Shown here piece after piece: positions 49,486-58,393 of a stretch of 64,000 bases of DNA. The first letter of the stretch is position 1, and the number at the start of each line of letters is the position of its first letter. Under the pieces are notes generated by a model. It made no database searches, was not told the DNA's origin, and saw nothing but the letters and a program-made list of their open reading frames with translations. Origin of the DNA: Sphingorhabdus sp. (GTDB taxonomy: Bacteria; Pseudomonadota; Alphaproteobacteria; Sphingomonadales; Sphingomonadaceae). The DNA is taken from NCBI RefSeq assembly GCF_023910635.1, contig NZ_JAAVVZ010000008.1, forward strand, positions 45,431 to 109,430, read 5' to 3'. Made by a program: the position numbers and the translations under genes.

Positions 49486-50127
49486 ATGGACCGCGACAAT
49501 GATGGACTGAACCTCGACGACAATAATCGTCTGCCTTGGCTCGAAACCGCTGACGGTTATGCCGCAGAGGCGAACGGATCGCCCATGAGGACCGCCTTGT
49601 TGGCGGTTGCTGGCTTGGTCTTGCTCGCGGCGATTGCCGGGGGCGTTTATTGGCTTCAACCGGGCCAAACGGGCGGACCAAATGGCACGGGCGAACTGAT
49701 CGTCGCGCCCAAGGGTAATTATAAGGAAAAGCCTGCGGATGCTGGCGGCAAAAGCTTCGAAGGTGAAGGCGACTCTGCCTTTGCCGCAAGCGAAGGGCAG
49801 AAAACTGGCGCCGTGCTCGCGGTTCGGCCCACTGGCCCTGTCACAGCGAAGCCAACGACCCCAACTGCAACCAATGAAGAGCCTACAAATGCCGTCTTGG
49901 TGCAACTTGGCGCATTTGGCGATTCCGCCAAGGCCGAAACGGCATGGACCGGTCTAAACAAGCGCTTTGGTTTTTTGGCGGACATAGATCGCAAGATTGC
50001 CCAAGCCAATGTCGAAGGCGGGGGCACGGTTTTCCGTCTGCAAGCCGTCACCGCCAATTCAACCGAAGCGCAGCAACTCTGCGCAAAACTGAAGGCCGCA
50101 GGTGAGAATTGCCTAATCGTGCGGTAG
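49486..50127 (+). CDS. SPOR domain-containing membrane protein
   Basis: ATG at 49486. One TM (ALLAVAGLVLLAAIAGGVYW), a Pro/Thr-rich linker, and a C-terminal SPOR domain (VLVQLGAFGDSAKAETAW...TVFRLQAV...EAQQLCAKLKAAGENCLIV). Confidence 0.8.
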   Translation: MDRDNDGLNLDDNNRLPWLETADGYAAEANGSPMRTALLAVAGLVLLAAIAGGVYWLQPGQTGGPNGTGELIVAPKGNYKEKPADAGGKSFEGEGDSAFAASEGQKTGAVLAVRPTGPVTAKPTTPTATNEEPTNAVLVQLGAFGDSAKAETAWTGLNKRFGFLADIDRKIAQANVEGGGTVFRLQAVTANSTEAQQLCAKLKAAGENCLIVR

Positions 50128-50157
50128 ATTTCTGGCGCCATTGCTCAATCCCCCTCG

Positions 50158-50257
50158 TCACCCCAGCCCCATCCCATCACCCCAGCCCCATCCCATCATC
50201 CCAGCCCCATCCCGTCATCCCAGCCCCTTTCCGTCATCCCCGCGTAGGCGGGGATCC
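50158..50257. repeat. 19-bp tandem array (x4) ending in a REP palindrome
   Basis: TCA(C/T)CCCAGCCCC(A/T)T(C/T)CC(A/G) units lie at 50158, 50177, 50196 and 50215, followed by TCATCCCCGCGTAGGCGGGGATCC (50234-50257). Confidence 0.7.
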
Positions 50258-50264
50258 ATCACGC

Positions 50265-50305
50265 GCAGCCGGATCGATTTTTTGGGGGGGTGATTGTTCA
50301 GTCAT
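50265..50305 (-). pseudogene. duplicated 5' stub of ispH (first ~13 codons only)
   Basis: GCAGCCGGATCGATTTTTTGGGGGGGTGATTGTTCAGTCAT matches 46876-46915 (the ispH start region). Homology stops at the REP element. Confidence 0.6.
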
Positions 50306-50455
50306 GCGCAATGTCCTGTAGGGTCATGACCCTGGATAAAGTCGTTGCATCCGCCAAGAGCTATCCCCTGTTGCGCGGGCCGCAATGGGGGGATAAGGAC
50401 CAAATCACGTGTCGCACCCGCGACCTAAGTCTAAGAAACCCGAGAATTGCCCTTT

Positions 50456-50962
50456 ATGAAGTTCGCCGCCAAATCCCTGACCATCGGTATTGCTGCAGCT
50501 ACTTTGGCTGGCTTGGTTTTGTTCTCGGCGGCTGCCGGGGGCGTTTATTGGCTTCAACCGGGCCAACCGAGCGGACCAAATGGCACGGGCGAACGGATCG
50601 TCGCGCCCAAGGCTAATGACAAGGAAAAGCCTGCGGAAGCTACCGCCGTGCTCGCGGTTCCGCCCGCTGGCCCTGTCACAGCGAAGCCAGCGACCCCAAC
50701 TGCAACCAATAAAGAGCCTACAAATGCCGTCTTTGTGCAGCTTGGCGCGTTCGGCGATTCCGCCAAGGCCGAAACGGCATGGACCGGTCTAAACAAGCGC
50801 TTTGGTTTTTTGGCGGGCATGAATCGCAAGATTGCCCAAGCCAATGTCGAAGGCGGGGGCACGGTTTTCCGTCTGCAAGCCATCACCGCCAATTCAACCG
50901 AAGCGCAGCAACTCTGCGCAAAACTGAAGGCCGCTGGTGAGAATTGCCTGATCGTGCGGTAA
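50456..50962 (+). CDS. chimeric SPOR-domain paralog (lipoprotein-gene 5' end fused to SPOR-gene 3' part)
   Basis: 168 aa from ATG 50456. MKFAAKSLTIGIAAATLAG matches the first 19 residues encoded at 47052. From LVLFSAAAGGVYWLQPGQ onward it parallels 49486-50127, apart from an in-frame gap of about 21 codons. The reading frame is intact. Confidence 0.7.
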   Translation: MKFAAKSLTIGIAAATLAGLVLFSAAAGGVYWLQPGQPSGPNGTGERIVAPKANDKEKPAEATAVLAVPPAGPVTAKPATPTATNKEPTNAVFVQLGAFGDSAKAETAWTGLNKRFGFLAGMNRKIAQANVEGGGTVFRLQAITANSTEAQQLCAKLKAAGENCLIVR

Positions 50963-51030
50963 AACCTCCGTCGTCGTGCTGATCGGCTAAATAGGTGTTG
51001 GGGGATGAGACAGACAAATTTTTGACCATC

Positions 51031-51117
51031 GTCATGCTGAACTCGTTTCAGCATCTATCGTGCGGCAAACCCAGAATATGAGAGGCGAAATAGACCCTGA
51101 AACAAGTTCAGGGTGAC
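51031..51117. mobile_element. MITE-like element, family 2, short variant (87 bp)
   Basis: Left end GTCATGCTGAACTCGTTTCAGCATC (variant terminus), right end GACCCTGAAACAAGTTCAGGGTGAC, followed by GAAGTGGGGAAGGGGG, which resembles the 22-bp array unit. Confidence 0.55.
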
Positions 51118-51238
51118 GAAGTGGGGAAGGGGGCCGGCGTCACCATTCACTTCAACATAAAGACACCATCCCCCCTTTTCATGTTGAAGCGTTGCACATA
51201 GCAACGTACGCAGCGCCAAACTTCCCGAGGAAAAGAAT

Positions 51239-51745
51239 ATGCCTGCTTTATACGATGCCTCCATTCCTGCTTTCATTCGCGGCTTGAAAAACCTTTCGAA
51301 CATGCTCGAAAAGGGTAAGGCTTTCGCCGCTGAACAGGGCATGGATTTGGCTGAATTGCTCGATGCGCGGCTGATCGACGACATGGCCCCGCTGACCAAG
51401 CAAGTGCAGATGACCACCGATACTGCAAAGTTTGTCGCGGTCCGCGTCGGCCAAGTTGAAAACCAGCCTTGGGCCGATGATGAAGCCAGCTATGACGATG
51501 TCCAAGCCCGCGTGGCCAAAGCCATATCCTTTCTGCAAGCCGCATCGCCCGATGGTTTTGAGGCGCGCGAAGATGCAAAAGTCGTACTGACCACGCCCAG
51601 CGGCGACATTCCCTTCACCGGCAACAGTTATGTCCACGGCTTTGCCATCCCCAATTTCTTCTTTCATCTCAGCATGGCTTATGCGCTGTTGCGGATGAAG
51701 GGTGTGCCCCTGGGTAAGCTCGATTTCTTGGGCGCTATCCGGTAA
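51239..51745 (+). CDS. DUF1993 domain protein
   Basis: 168 aa with N-terminal LYDASIPAFIRGLKNLSNML and C-terminal PNFFFHLSMAYALLRMKGVPLGKLDFLG, the DUF1993 pattern. Confidence 0.83.
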   Translation: MPALYDASIPAFIRGLKNLSNMLEKGKAFAAEQGMDLAELLDARLIDDMAPLTKQVQMTTDTAKFVAVRVGQVENQPWADDEASYDDVQARVAKAISFLQAASPDGFEAREDAKVVLTTPSGDIPFTGNSYVHGFAIPNFFFHLSMAYALLRMKGVPLGKLDFLGAIR

Positions 51746-51820
51746 TTATACACAGCTAAAGCGCCACTTCCCGCCGCTCCATACTTGCCTTGCGGCGGCG
51801 GCGGGCTTAGCGTTCACGCC

Positions 51821-52870
51821 ATGAAGCCGGTAATATTTGGCCTATCGGGCCTGGTCCTGACAGATGATGAAAAACGCCTGTTTCGCGATGTCGAGCCAGC
51901 AGGCTATATTCTGTTCAAACGCAATATCGAAGATCGGGCGCAGGTCCGCGCGCTGACCGACAGCTTGCGGGCGTTGCATGGCCGCGACAATGTGCCCATC
52001 CTGATTGACCAAGAGGGCGGCCGTGTCGCGCGGATGCGTCCGCCGGTCTGGCCTGATTTCCCCGCTGGCGGTGCGTTCGACGCGCTGTATGACATTGCAC
52101 CTATCACCGCGATTGAGGCGGCACGTTGCAATGCCGAAGCCATTGCGCTCTCGCTGACCGAAGTCGGCATCAATGTAGATTGCTTGCCCGTCCTCGATGT
52201 CCGCGTGCCCGACACGCATTGCGCCATTGGCGACCGCGCCTTGGGCAGCGATCCGATGCGCGTGGCGGCGTTGGGCCGCGCGATCCTTGATGGTCTTGCC
52301 TTGGGCGGCGTCATCGGCGTCGTAAAGCATATGCCGGGGCAGGGCCGCGCTACTGTCGACACGCATCACGACTTGCCACATGTAACCGCAACCGAGGCCG
52401 AGTTGGCGCAAGACCTTGCCCCCTTCCGCGCGCTCAACACCGCTGCGATGGGCATGACGGGCCATGTTGTCTATGATGTTTGGGACAATGCGCACACCGC
52501 CACCATGTCGCGCTTTGTCATTGATGAGGTTATTCGCAATATGGTCGGTTTCGACGGCCTGTTGATGAGCGACGATCTCGATATGAACGCGTTGCAAGGC
52601 GACGTCGCGAGCCGCGCTTTGGCATGCGTTAAGGCCGGCTGCGATCTTGCGCTTAATTGCTGGGGCCGCTTTGACGAAATGGTGGCGATAGCCAATAATC
52701 TGCCCGACATTACGCCTGCTGCCCGTGCGCGCCTTGACCGCGCGATGGCGCTGTCGCCTGTGCCGTTTGACGCCGACCGGCTGGCGCATCTGCTGGACAA
52801 GCGTGACCAGTTGCTTGCCTTGGCCGACACTAAAGCGAAGCTGACAGGCGGGGCCACTGGCGCGGCATGA
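51821..52870 (+). CDS. nagZ: beta-N-acetylhexosaminidase
   Basis: Start at ATG 51821 (MKPVIFGLSGLVLTDDEKRLF...). GH3 blocks ILIDQEGGRVARM and KHMPGQGRATVDTH. Confidence 0.9.
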   Translation: MKPVIFGLSGLVLTDDEKRLFRDVEPAGYILFKRNIEDRAQVRALTDSLRALHGRDNVPILIDQEGGRVARMRPPVWPDFPAGGAFDALYDIAPITAIEAARCNAEAIALSLTEVGINVDCLPVLDVRVPDTHCAIGDRALGSDPMRVAALGRAILDGLALGGVIGVVKHMPGQGRATVDTHHDLPHVTATEAELAQDLAPFRALNTAAMGMTGHVVYDVWDNAHTATMSRFVIDEVIRNMVGFDGLLMSDDLDMNALQGDVASRALACVKAGCDLALNCWGRFDEMVAIANNLPDITPAARARLDRAMALSPVPFDADRLAHLLDKRDQLLALADTKAKLTGGATGAA

Positions 52871-53661
52871 CAGGGCCAATGCTCTTTGATGCAGAGTACG
52901 CCCTTCGCGATGAGAGCGCTGCCAGTGTCAAATTTGGTCCTGATGTTCTGACCATTGATATTGACGGCTGGGAAGGGCCGTTGGACCTATTGCTCGCGCT
53001 CGCCCGCAATCAAAAGGTCGATTTGCGCCAATTGTCGATTCTCGCCTTGGTCGAACAATATCTGGTGTTCATTGATCGGGCACGTGCGCTGAAGCTTGAG
53101 CTCGCGGCCGATTATCTGGTGATGGCGGCGTGGTTGGCCTATCTCAAATCGGCCTTATTGTTGCCGAAGGATCCGACGATTGACCCGTCGCCGGAGGAGC
53201 TCGCCTTGCGCCTGCAATTGCGGCTGGAGCGGCTGAACGCCATGCGTGAAAGCGGCGCGCGGTTGATGGCGCGCGACCGGGTTGGCCGTGATGTGTTCTT
53301 GCGCGGCACACCCGAAGGGTTGCGCGTGGTCAAAGCGCGGGCGTGGGAATGCGATTATTTTGAGCTCATCACCGCGTATGGCCAAATCAACGCGCGCACC
53401 GCGCCTGCCATGCACATCGTCAAAAAACGCCAGGTCATGACGTTGGAACAAGCGTTGGAGCGCGTATCGGCCATGATTGGCCGCGCGATTGACTGGACCG
53501 CGATACATGCGTTTTTGCCGCCGATGGCGGACCCGGCCTTGCGTAAATCGGCCTTGGCCTCCAGCTTTGTCGCCGCCTTGGAGCTTGCCAAACGTGGGAT
53601 CGCTGATTTGCGACAAGAGGCGACCTTTGCGCCATTAATGGTGCGGAAAAGGGTAAGATGA
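52867..53661 (+). CDS. scpA: segregation and condensation protein A
   Basis: 264 aa with FEGPLDLLL-type block (WEGPLDLLLALARNQKVDLRQLSILALVEQY). Overlaps the nagZ stop. Confidence 0.9.
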   Translation: MTGPMLFDAEYALRDESAASVKFGPDVLTIDIDGWEGPLDLLLALARNQKVDLRQLSILALVEQYLVFIDRARALKLELAADYLVMAAWLAYLKSALLLPKDPTIDPSPEELALRLQLRLERLNAMRESGARLMARDRVGRDVFLRGTPEGLRVVKARAWECDYFELITAYGQINARTAPAMHIVKKRQVMTLEQALERVSAMIGRAIDWTAIHAFLPPMADPALRKSALASSFVAALELAKRGIADLRQEATFAPLMVRKRVR

Positions 53662-54263
53662 TCGAAACCGACCCGGACCTGCGCGCGGTAGAGGCGACCT
53701 TGTTCGCCAGCGACCATCCCATGACCGTAGAGCAAATTCGCAGCTATGTCGGTGACAGCGTCGATGTCGCGGCAGCGCTTACGCAATTATCCGAACATTA
53801 TGAAGGCCGTGGCATTGAACTCGTCCGGCGCGGCAAGACCTGGCATTTCCAAACAGCCGCTGATCTGGCGCATTTGCTGCGCCGCGAACGCGAGGAAAGC
53901 CGCAAGCTCAGCCGCGCTGCGGTCGAAACGTTGGCGATCATCGCTTATCATGAACCCGTCAGCCGCGCCGAGATTGAGGCCATTCGCGGCGTGCAGATTT
54001 CAAAGGGCACGCTTGATGTCTTGATGGAGGCTGGATGGGTGCGCCCTGCTGGCCGCCGCGAAGTGCCGGGGCGCCCCCTGATTTACGCCACGACGCCCGG
54101 TTTCCTGACGCATTTCGGGCTTATCAGCCGCAAGGATCTGCCGGGCATCGCGGATCTGAAAGCCGCCGGCTTGCTTGACCCGATTGATAGCGCAATGGGT
54201 GATATGCTATTTGCCGGCGAAGAAAGTGACGCCGAACTGGCAATTGACGAAAACAACGCCTAA
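53658..54263 (+). CDS. scpB: segregation and condensation protein B
   Basis: 201 aa with the winged-helix pair (LSRAAVETLAIIAYHEPVSRAEIEAIRGV...GRPLIYATTPGFL). Confidence 0.9.
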   Translation: MIETDPDLRAVEATLFASDHPMTVEQIRSYVGDSVDVAAALTQLSEHYEGRGIELVRRGKTWHFQTAADLAHLLRREREESRKLSRAAVETLAIIAYHEPVSRAEIEAIRGVQISKGTLDVLMEAGWVRPAGRREVPGRPLIYATTPGFLTHFGLISRKDLPGIADLKAAGLLDPIDSAMGDMLFAGEESDAELAIDENNA

Positions 54264-54327
54264 ATAGGTGAAGGACATGCGACATAGGGTTCGCAACATC
54301 CGGGGCGCGCCCCGTTAGGAGTTTGAA

Positions 54328-54549
54328 ATGGGTGGTTTTAGCATCTGGCACTGGCTGATTGTTGGCATTTTGGTGTTGCTCTTGTTCGGCAAGGGCCGTT
54401 TTTCCGACATGATGGGCGACGTCGCCAAAGGCATTAAAAGCTTTAAAAAAGGTATGAGCGAAGAGGACGAAGCCCCTAAGGCTCCGCCGCAAATTGGCGC
54501 AAATACGGTCGTTGACGCTGAAAAGCAGACTGACAAGACTCAAGGCTAA
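54328..54549 (+). CDS. tatA: twin-arginine translocase subunit TatA
   Basis: 73 aa: [42 protein letters not shown]. Confidence 0.92.
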   Translation: MGGFSIWHWLIVGILVLLLFGKGRFSDMMGDVAKGIKSFKKGMSEEDEAPKAPPQIGANTVVDAEKQTDKTQG

Positions 54550-54596
54550 GCCATTGACAGCGCGGCATCACTCGCCCTCGATGTCGGGGGCCTGAC

Positions 54597-54929
54597 GTGT
54601 TTGATATCGCGTCATCCGAACTGTTGCTTGTCGTCCTTGTGGCGCTTTTGGTCATTGGGCCAAAGGATTTGCCAAAGGCATTACGCGTTGTCGGCAAATG
54701 GGTGGGCAAGGCGCGCGGTGTCGTGGCGCATTTCCGGTCAGGCTTTGACGAAATGGTGCGCCAGTCGGAACTCGAAGAGCTTGAGAAAAAGTGGAAGGCC
54801 GAAAATGAACGCATCATGCGCGCGCATCCGGCCGATCCACGCGCAGACGTGGTCGGTGATGACCCTGATACGCATATCGCAGAAACGCCCGTCGACACGC
54901 CGCCCACCGAAACGGCGGCCAAGACATGA
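54597..54929 (+). CDS. tatB: twin-arginine translocase subunit TatB
   Basis: 110 aa (GTG start): MFDIASSELLLVVLVALLVIGPKDLPKALRVVGKWVGKAR. Confidence 0.85.
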   Translation: MFDIASSELLLVVLVALLVIGPKDLPKALRVVGKWVGKARGVVAHFRSGFDEMVRQSELEELEKKWKAENERIMRAHPADPRADVVGDDPDTHIAETPVDTPPTETAAKT

Positions 54930-55693
54930 ACGAAATCGACGATAGCAAAATGCCCTTGCTCGATCATTTGATTGAGCTGCGCAGCCGTCTGCTCTGGAGC
55001 TTTTTGGCGCTCGCCATTGCCTTTGGCATCAGCCTGTATTTCGCACGACCGATCTTCGGCTTTCTTGTGCAGCCTTTGCTCGCGTCGGGCCAGACGAAAC
55101 TGATTTACACCGCCATATTTGAGGCATTTTTTGTTGAAATTAAGGTCGCGTTTTTTGCCGCTACCTTTTTCTCCTTCCCGGTGTTCGCAACGCAATTATG
55201 GCGCTTTGTTGCGCCCGGCCTGTATAGCAAAGAAAAGCGTGCTTTTCTGCCATTCTTGCTGGCCACGCCTGTCTTGTTCATCACCGGCGCGTCGATGGCT
55301 TATTATATGGCGATCCCCGTCGCACTGGAATATTTGCTTGGCTTTGGGGGCAATGTCGGCGGTGTCGAGCAACAGGCGCTTCCGGGTGTCGACAATTATC
55401 TGAATTTTGTGATGAAGTTCATCTTCGGCTTTGGCATTTCGTTTCTGCTACCGGTGTTGCTGATGCTGCTGGAACGCGCCGGGATCGTCACGCTGGAACA
55501 GCTTAAGAGCGCACGACGCTATGCGATTGTCGGTGCCTTCGCCATCGCCGCCGTCCTCACGCCGCCCGATGTCGTGTCGCAATTGCTGCTCGCGATCCCC
55601 TTGTGCATATTATACGAACTTGCCCTCATCGCGATCTGGTTCACCCGCCGCCGCCGTAAAAAGGCGGAAAGCATCGAAGAGGCCGTTTTGTAG
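54926..55693 (+). CDS. tatC: twin-arginine translocase subunit TatC
   Basis: 255 aa with 6 TM segments. Contains HLIELRSRLL, FATQLWRFVAPGLY and LTPPDVVSQ blocks. Confidence 0.93.
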   Translation: MNEIDDSKMPLLDHLIELRSRLLWSFLALAIAFGISLYFARPIFGFLVQPLLASGQTKLIYTAIFEAFFVEIKVAFFAATFFSFPVFATQLWRFVAPGLYSKEKRAFLPFLLATPVLFITGASMAYYMAIPVALEYLLGFGGNVGGVEQQALPGVDNYLNFVMKFIFGFGISFLLPVLLMLLERAGIVTLEQLKSARRYAIVGAFAIAAVLTPPDVVSQLLLAIPLCILYELALIAIWFTRRRRKKAESIEEAVL

Positions 55694-55759
55694 GTTTGAC
55701 AACGCAGCCGTCGTCCTTCGTCTTCTTGCCCTCTCCACAAAGTCACCCTCATCCCCCAC

Positions 55760-55867
55760 GTCACCCTGAACTTGTTTCAGGGTCCATCGTGCAGCACGCC
55801 CATAGCTAGAACGGATAAATGGACCCTGGAACGACAGTCACCGAAGGTGAAACAAGTTCAGGGTGAC
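55760..55867. mobile_element. MITE-like element, family 2 (108 bp, inverted relative to 27846-27954)
   Basis: GTCACCCTGAACTTGTTTCAGGGTC ... GAAACAAGTTCAGGGTGAC. It is preceded by one array-like unit, GTCACCCTCATCCCCCAC (55742-55759). Confidence 0.65.
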
Positions 55868-55955
55868 GGTAGGTTGTTCAGCATGACTCGGAATGAGCAA
55901 ACCAAAGGGCCAGAAGTTCCCCTCCAGCCCTCACGTAACTTCAACAGACCGTCTG

Positions 55956-56078
55956 TCACGTAGCGCGGTCACCCGCTTCGCCGACGGATTCAATGTCTTC
56001 GCCGACGCCCTTAACGGTGTTGCAGGCCGCTGCCAGCAATGAGGCTGAGAGCAGGATGATCGTTGCAATTTTGCGCAT
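55956..56078 (-). CDS. entericidin A/B-family small lipoprotein
   Basis: 40-aa ORF absent from the track (too short): MRKIATIILLSASLLAAACNTVKGVGEDIESVGEAGDRAT. Lipobox AAC, then NT.KG.GEDI as in EcnA/EcnB. GGAGAA lies 6-7 nt upstream of the ATG. Confidence 0.72.
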   Translation of the reverse strand: MRKIATIILLSASLLAAACNTVKGVGEDIESVGEAGDRAT

Positions 56079-56209
56079 GATATTCTCCAAGATCTTGGCC
56101 CAAAAATTAGACCTAGCTGGCTAACCTGCCGATCGCGCGAAGGTTCCGTTTATAGGGTGCGATCACTGGCGCGCACTCTTGGCGGTGTTGCATGAACAAT
56201 ATCGGATGA

Positions 56210-58342
56210 TCAGAAGCTCAAGCGTGCTGTCACCCGGAAATCACGACCGGTCAATGGGACGAAATCCTTGGTAAAAGACGCGGCACGTCGGGCGGTTACA
56301 TCGAAGATATTGTTCGCCGACGCAATCAACGCAATGTTGCGATCCCGCCCGAACGGCCGCCAGGTCGCCGAAGCATTGACCAAAGTGAAACCGTCAGTTG
56401 GCGTCTCAAATGTCGCGGTCTTTGTCTGATCGTCGCTAAATTCGACTTCGCCGCGTAAGTCAAAGCTTGCATTGGTCAATTCAACGCCGCCGAGCAAACG
56501 CAAGGGCGGGATGCGCGGGGCATTGCCGCCACCGGACGAGATTTTGGCGCGTGTATAATCCGCAACGCCATCGACCGAAAGATTTGAACTGCCAAAGCTG
56601 GCGAGGCGCTTGGACGCCTGAAATTCCACGCCCCAAACCTTGGCGTCATTTTGGAAATATTGGAATACAGGCAAATCGTCTTCGATGTTGCCAGTTTCGG
56701 CCTCATAAATGAAATTGTCGAAGCGGTTGGTGTATAATGTTGCGCTGAACGCGGTCCCCGGCGTGTCATACCGGGCGTAGAGCTCGCCATTCCAAGCGCG
56801 CTCACTTTTCAGATTAGGGTCGCCTATTTCGAAGGCCTGCGTTGCGATATGCGGTCCGTTGGAGAATAATTCCTCCACCGCTGGCGCACGGCCCGTCCGC
56901 GAAATATTCGCGCCGATCTTCAAATCGCCAATATGGTAGCCAAGGCCAAAAGCGGCAGAGACATTGTTGAACGAGCGCGTTAAGCCCAAAGTGTCGGCGC
57001 GCAATTCTGCCGTGTCGAACCGCACGGCGACTTCGGCGTCCAGATTGCCTTTGGTATATTCCTGCAAGGTGAACAGGCCATATTGGCGCGTCTTGTTGGG
57101 CGGGACGAAGGCTTCTGCACCAATCGCTTCGAAATCGCGGGTCTGATATTGGACGCCGCTTGCCCCGCGCCAGCCGTTACGGTCATTCTGCACAAATTCG
57201 GCCCGCGCCTCAATGCCTTGGCTATTGAATATGGTGCCGATTTCGTCGCCTTCAAATTCGGTATGGGTATAATCGGCATAGCCCGCGCGCAGACGCAGCT
57301 TTTCAAACAAGCCGTCGCCCAAATTGACTTCACCGCGAAAGTCGAGGCGATATTGACGCAAGCCGATGGTGACAGGTGCTTCCTCTGTGGTTTCTTCGCC
57401 CTCATGCGCGTGCGATGCGCCGGGGCGGGCAGGGATGCCGTAATTGGTGTCGTAAATGCTGTAAGACAGGCCAAGATTGCCGCCGTCGTCGATAAACGCG
57501 ATGCCACCGCCGGCGGTCCATGTTTTCACTGCGCTATTGGCAATGCGGCCGCGTTGGTTAGCAAGTTCGGTTGCTTCGGCCGCTTCTTCCAGATTGCCTT
57601 CGCTGGTTTCCTCGGCAGCAAAGTCGAGGACCTCAGCGCGTAAATTGGGGGACAGGACATAGCCGCCGGTACGCAGATCATCGCTGTTGCGGTAACTGCC
57701 GTCGAGATGGACGATGACCCGGTCCGTGATCGGCATATCAATCGACGCCCCGCCGGACCAGTCGCGTGCGGCACTGCCATATCCGGCCAGCGCATCGATG
57801 TGGATGGCTTCGTCCGGGATGGACCTTGGTATCCTTTTGTCGAGCGCATTGACCGCGCCGCCCACGGCTTGGCCGCCGAACAATAAGACGGCTGGCCCGC
57901 GCAACACCTCAATCCGCTCGACCGTCAACGTGTCGATGGTGACAGCATGGTCCGCCGACGTGTTGGAGGCGTCGATATTGCCAATGCCGTCGGTAAGGAC
58001 GGCAACGCGGTTCCCTTGGTACCCACGCAGCACGGGCCGCGATGCGCCGGGGGAGAAGCTCGTCGCCGAAACGCCGGGCAGGCTGGTTAATATATCGCCC
58101 AATTGCGCGCGGGTTTTTTCGGCGAGCACTTCGCCCGAAATCGCCGACGTGCCGGACAGAATGTCGAGGCGTTCAACAAACGGCGCGGTGACGACGATGT
58201 CGTCGGACCCGTGAAAGTCGTCGGACTGTATACGCGCTTCGGTCGAAGCCGAGTTGCTTTGCTGCGCATAAACGGGCGCGGCCAATGCCAGCGACAATGC
58301 GGAAACGCTTGCGGATATCGTAAGAAGTGGGGCAGTTTTCAT
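56210..58342 (-). CDS. TonB-dependent outer-membrane receptor (possibly zinc-type, ZnuD-like)
   Basis: 710 aa with a signal peptide, TonB-box-like DDIVVTA, plug motifs (RGYQGNRVAVLTDG) and C-terminal ...RVTARLSF. An acidic/His loop GASHAHEGEETTEE is present. Confidence 0.88.
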   Translation of the reverse strand: MKTAPLLTISASVSALSLALAAPVYAQQSNSASTEARIQSDDFHGSDDIVVTAPFVERLDILSGTSAISGEVLAEKTRAQLGDILTSLPGVSATSFSPGASRPVLRGYQGNRVAVLTDGIGNIDASNTSADHAVTIDTLTVERIEVLRGPAVLLFGGQAVGGAVNALDKRIPRSIPDEAIHIDALAGYGSAARDWSGGASIDMPITDRVIVHLDGSYRNSDDLRTGGYVLSPNLRAEVLDFAAEETSEGNLEEAAEATELANQRGRIANSAVKTWTAGGGIAFIDDGGNLGLSYSIYDTNYGIPARPGASHAHEGEETTEEAPVTIGLRQYRLDFRGEVNLGDGLFEKLRLRAGYADYTHTEFEGDEIGTIFNSQGIEARAEFVQNDRNGWRGASGVQYQTRDFEAIGAEAFVPPNKTRQYGLFTLQEYTKGNLDAEVAVRFDTAELRADTLGLTRSFNNVSAAFGLGYHIGDLKIGANISRTGRAPAVEELFSNGPHIATQAFEIGDPNLKSERAWNGELYARYDTPGTAFSATLYTNRFDNFIYEAETGNIEDDLPVFQYFQNDAKVWGVEFQASKRLASFGSSNLSVDGVADYTRAKISSGGGNAPRIPPLRLLGGVELTNASFDLRGEVEFSDDQTKTATFETPTDGFTLVNASATWRPFGRDRNIALIASANNIFDVTARRAASFTKDFVPLTGRDFRVTARLSF

Positions 58343-58393
58343 GAGGGAACGTCATCCATAAGAGCGGGATATTGAGCAAAGCGTTAGGCGCAA

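Noticed and set aside
50109-50321. 70-aa Pro/Ser/His-rich ORF (…PAPSHHPSPIPSSQPHPVIPAPFRHPRVGGDP…)
   Set aside because: It is simply the translation of the 19-bp tandem array and REP hairpin. Its periodic composition follows the repeat and it has no start context.
51842-52879. 345-aa minus-strand ORF antisense to nagZ
   Set aside because: It is a shadow ORF. The sense frame carries GH3 NagZ motifs and is translationally coupled to scpA.
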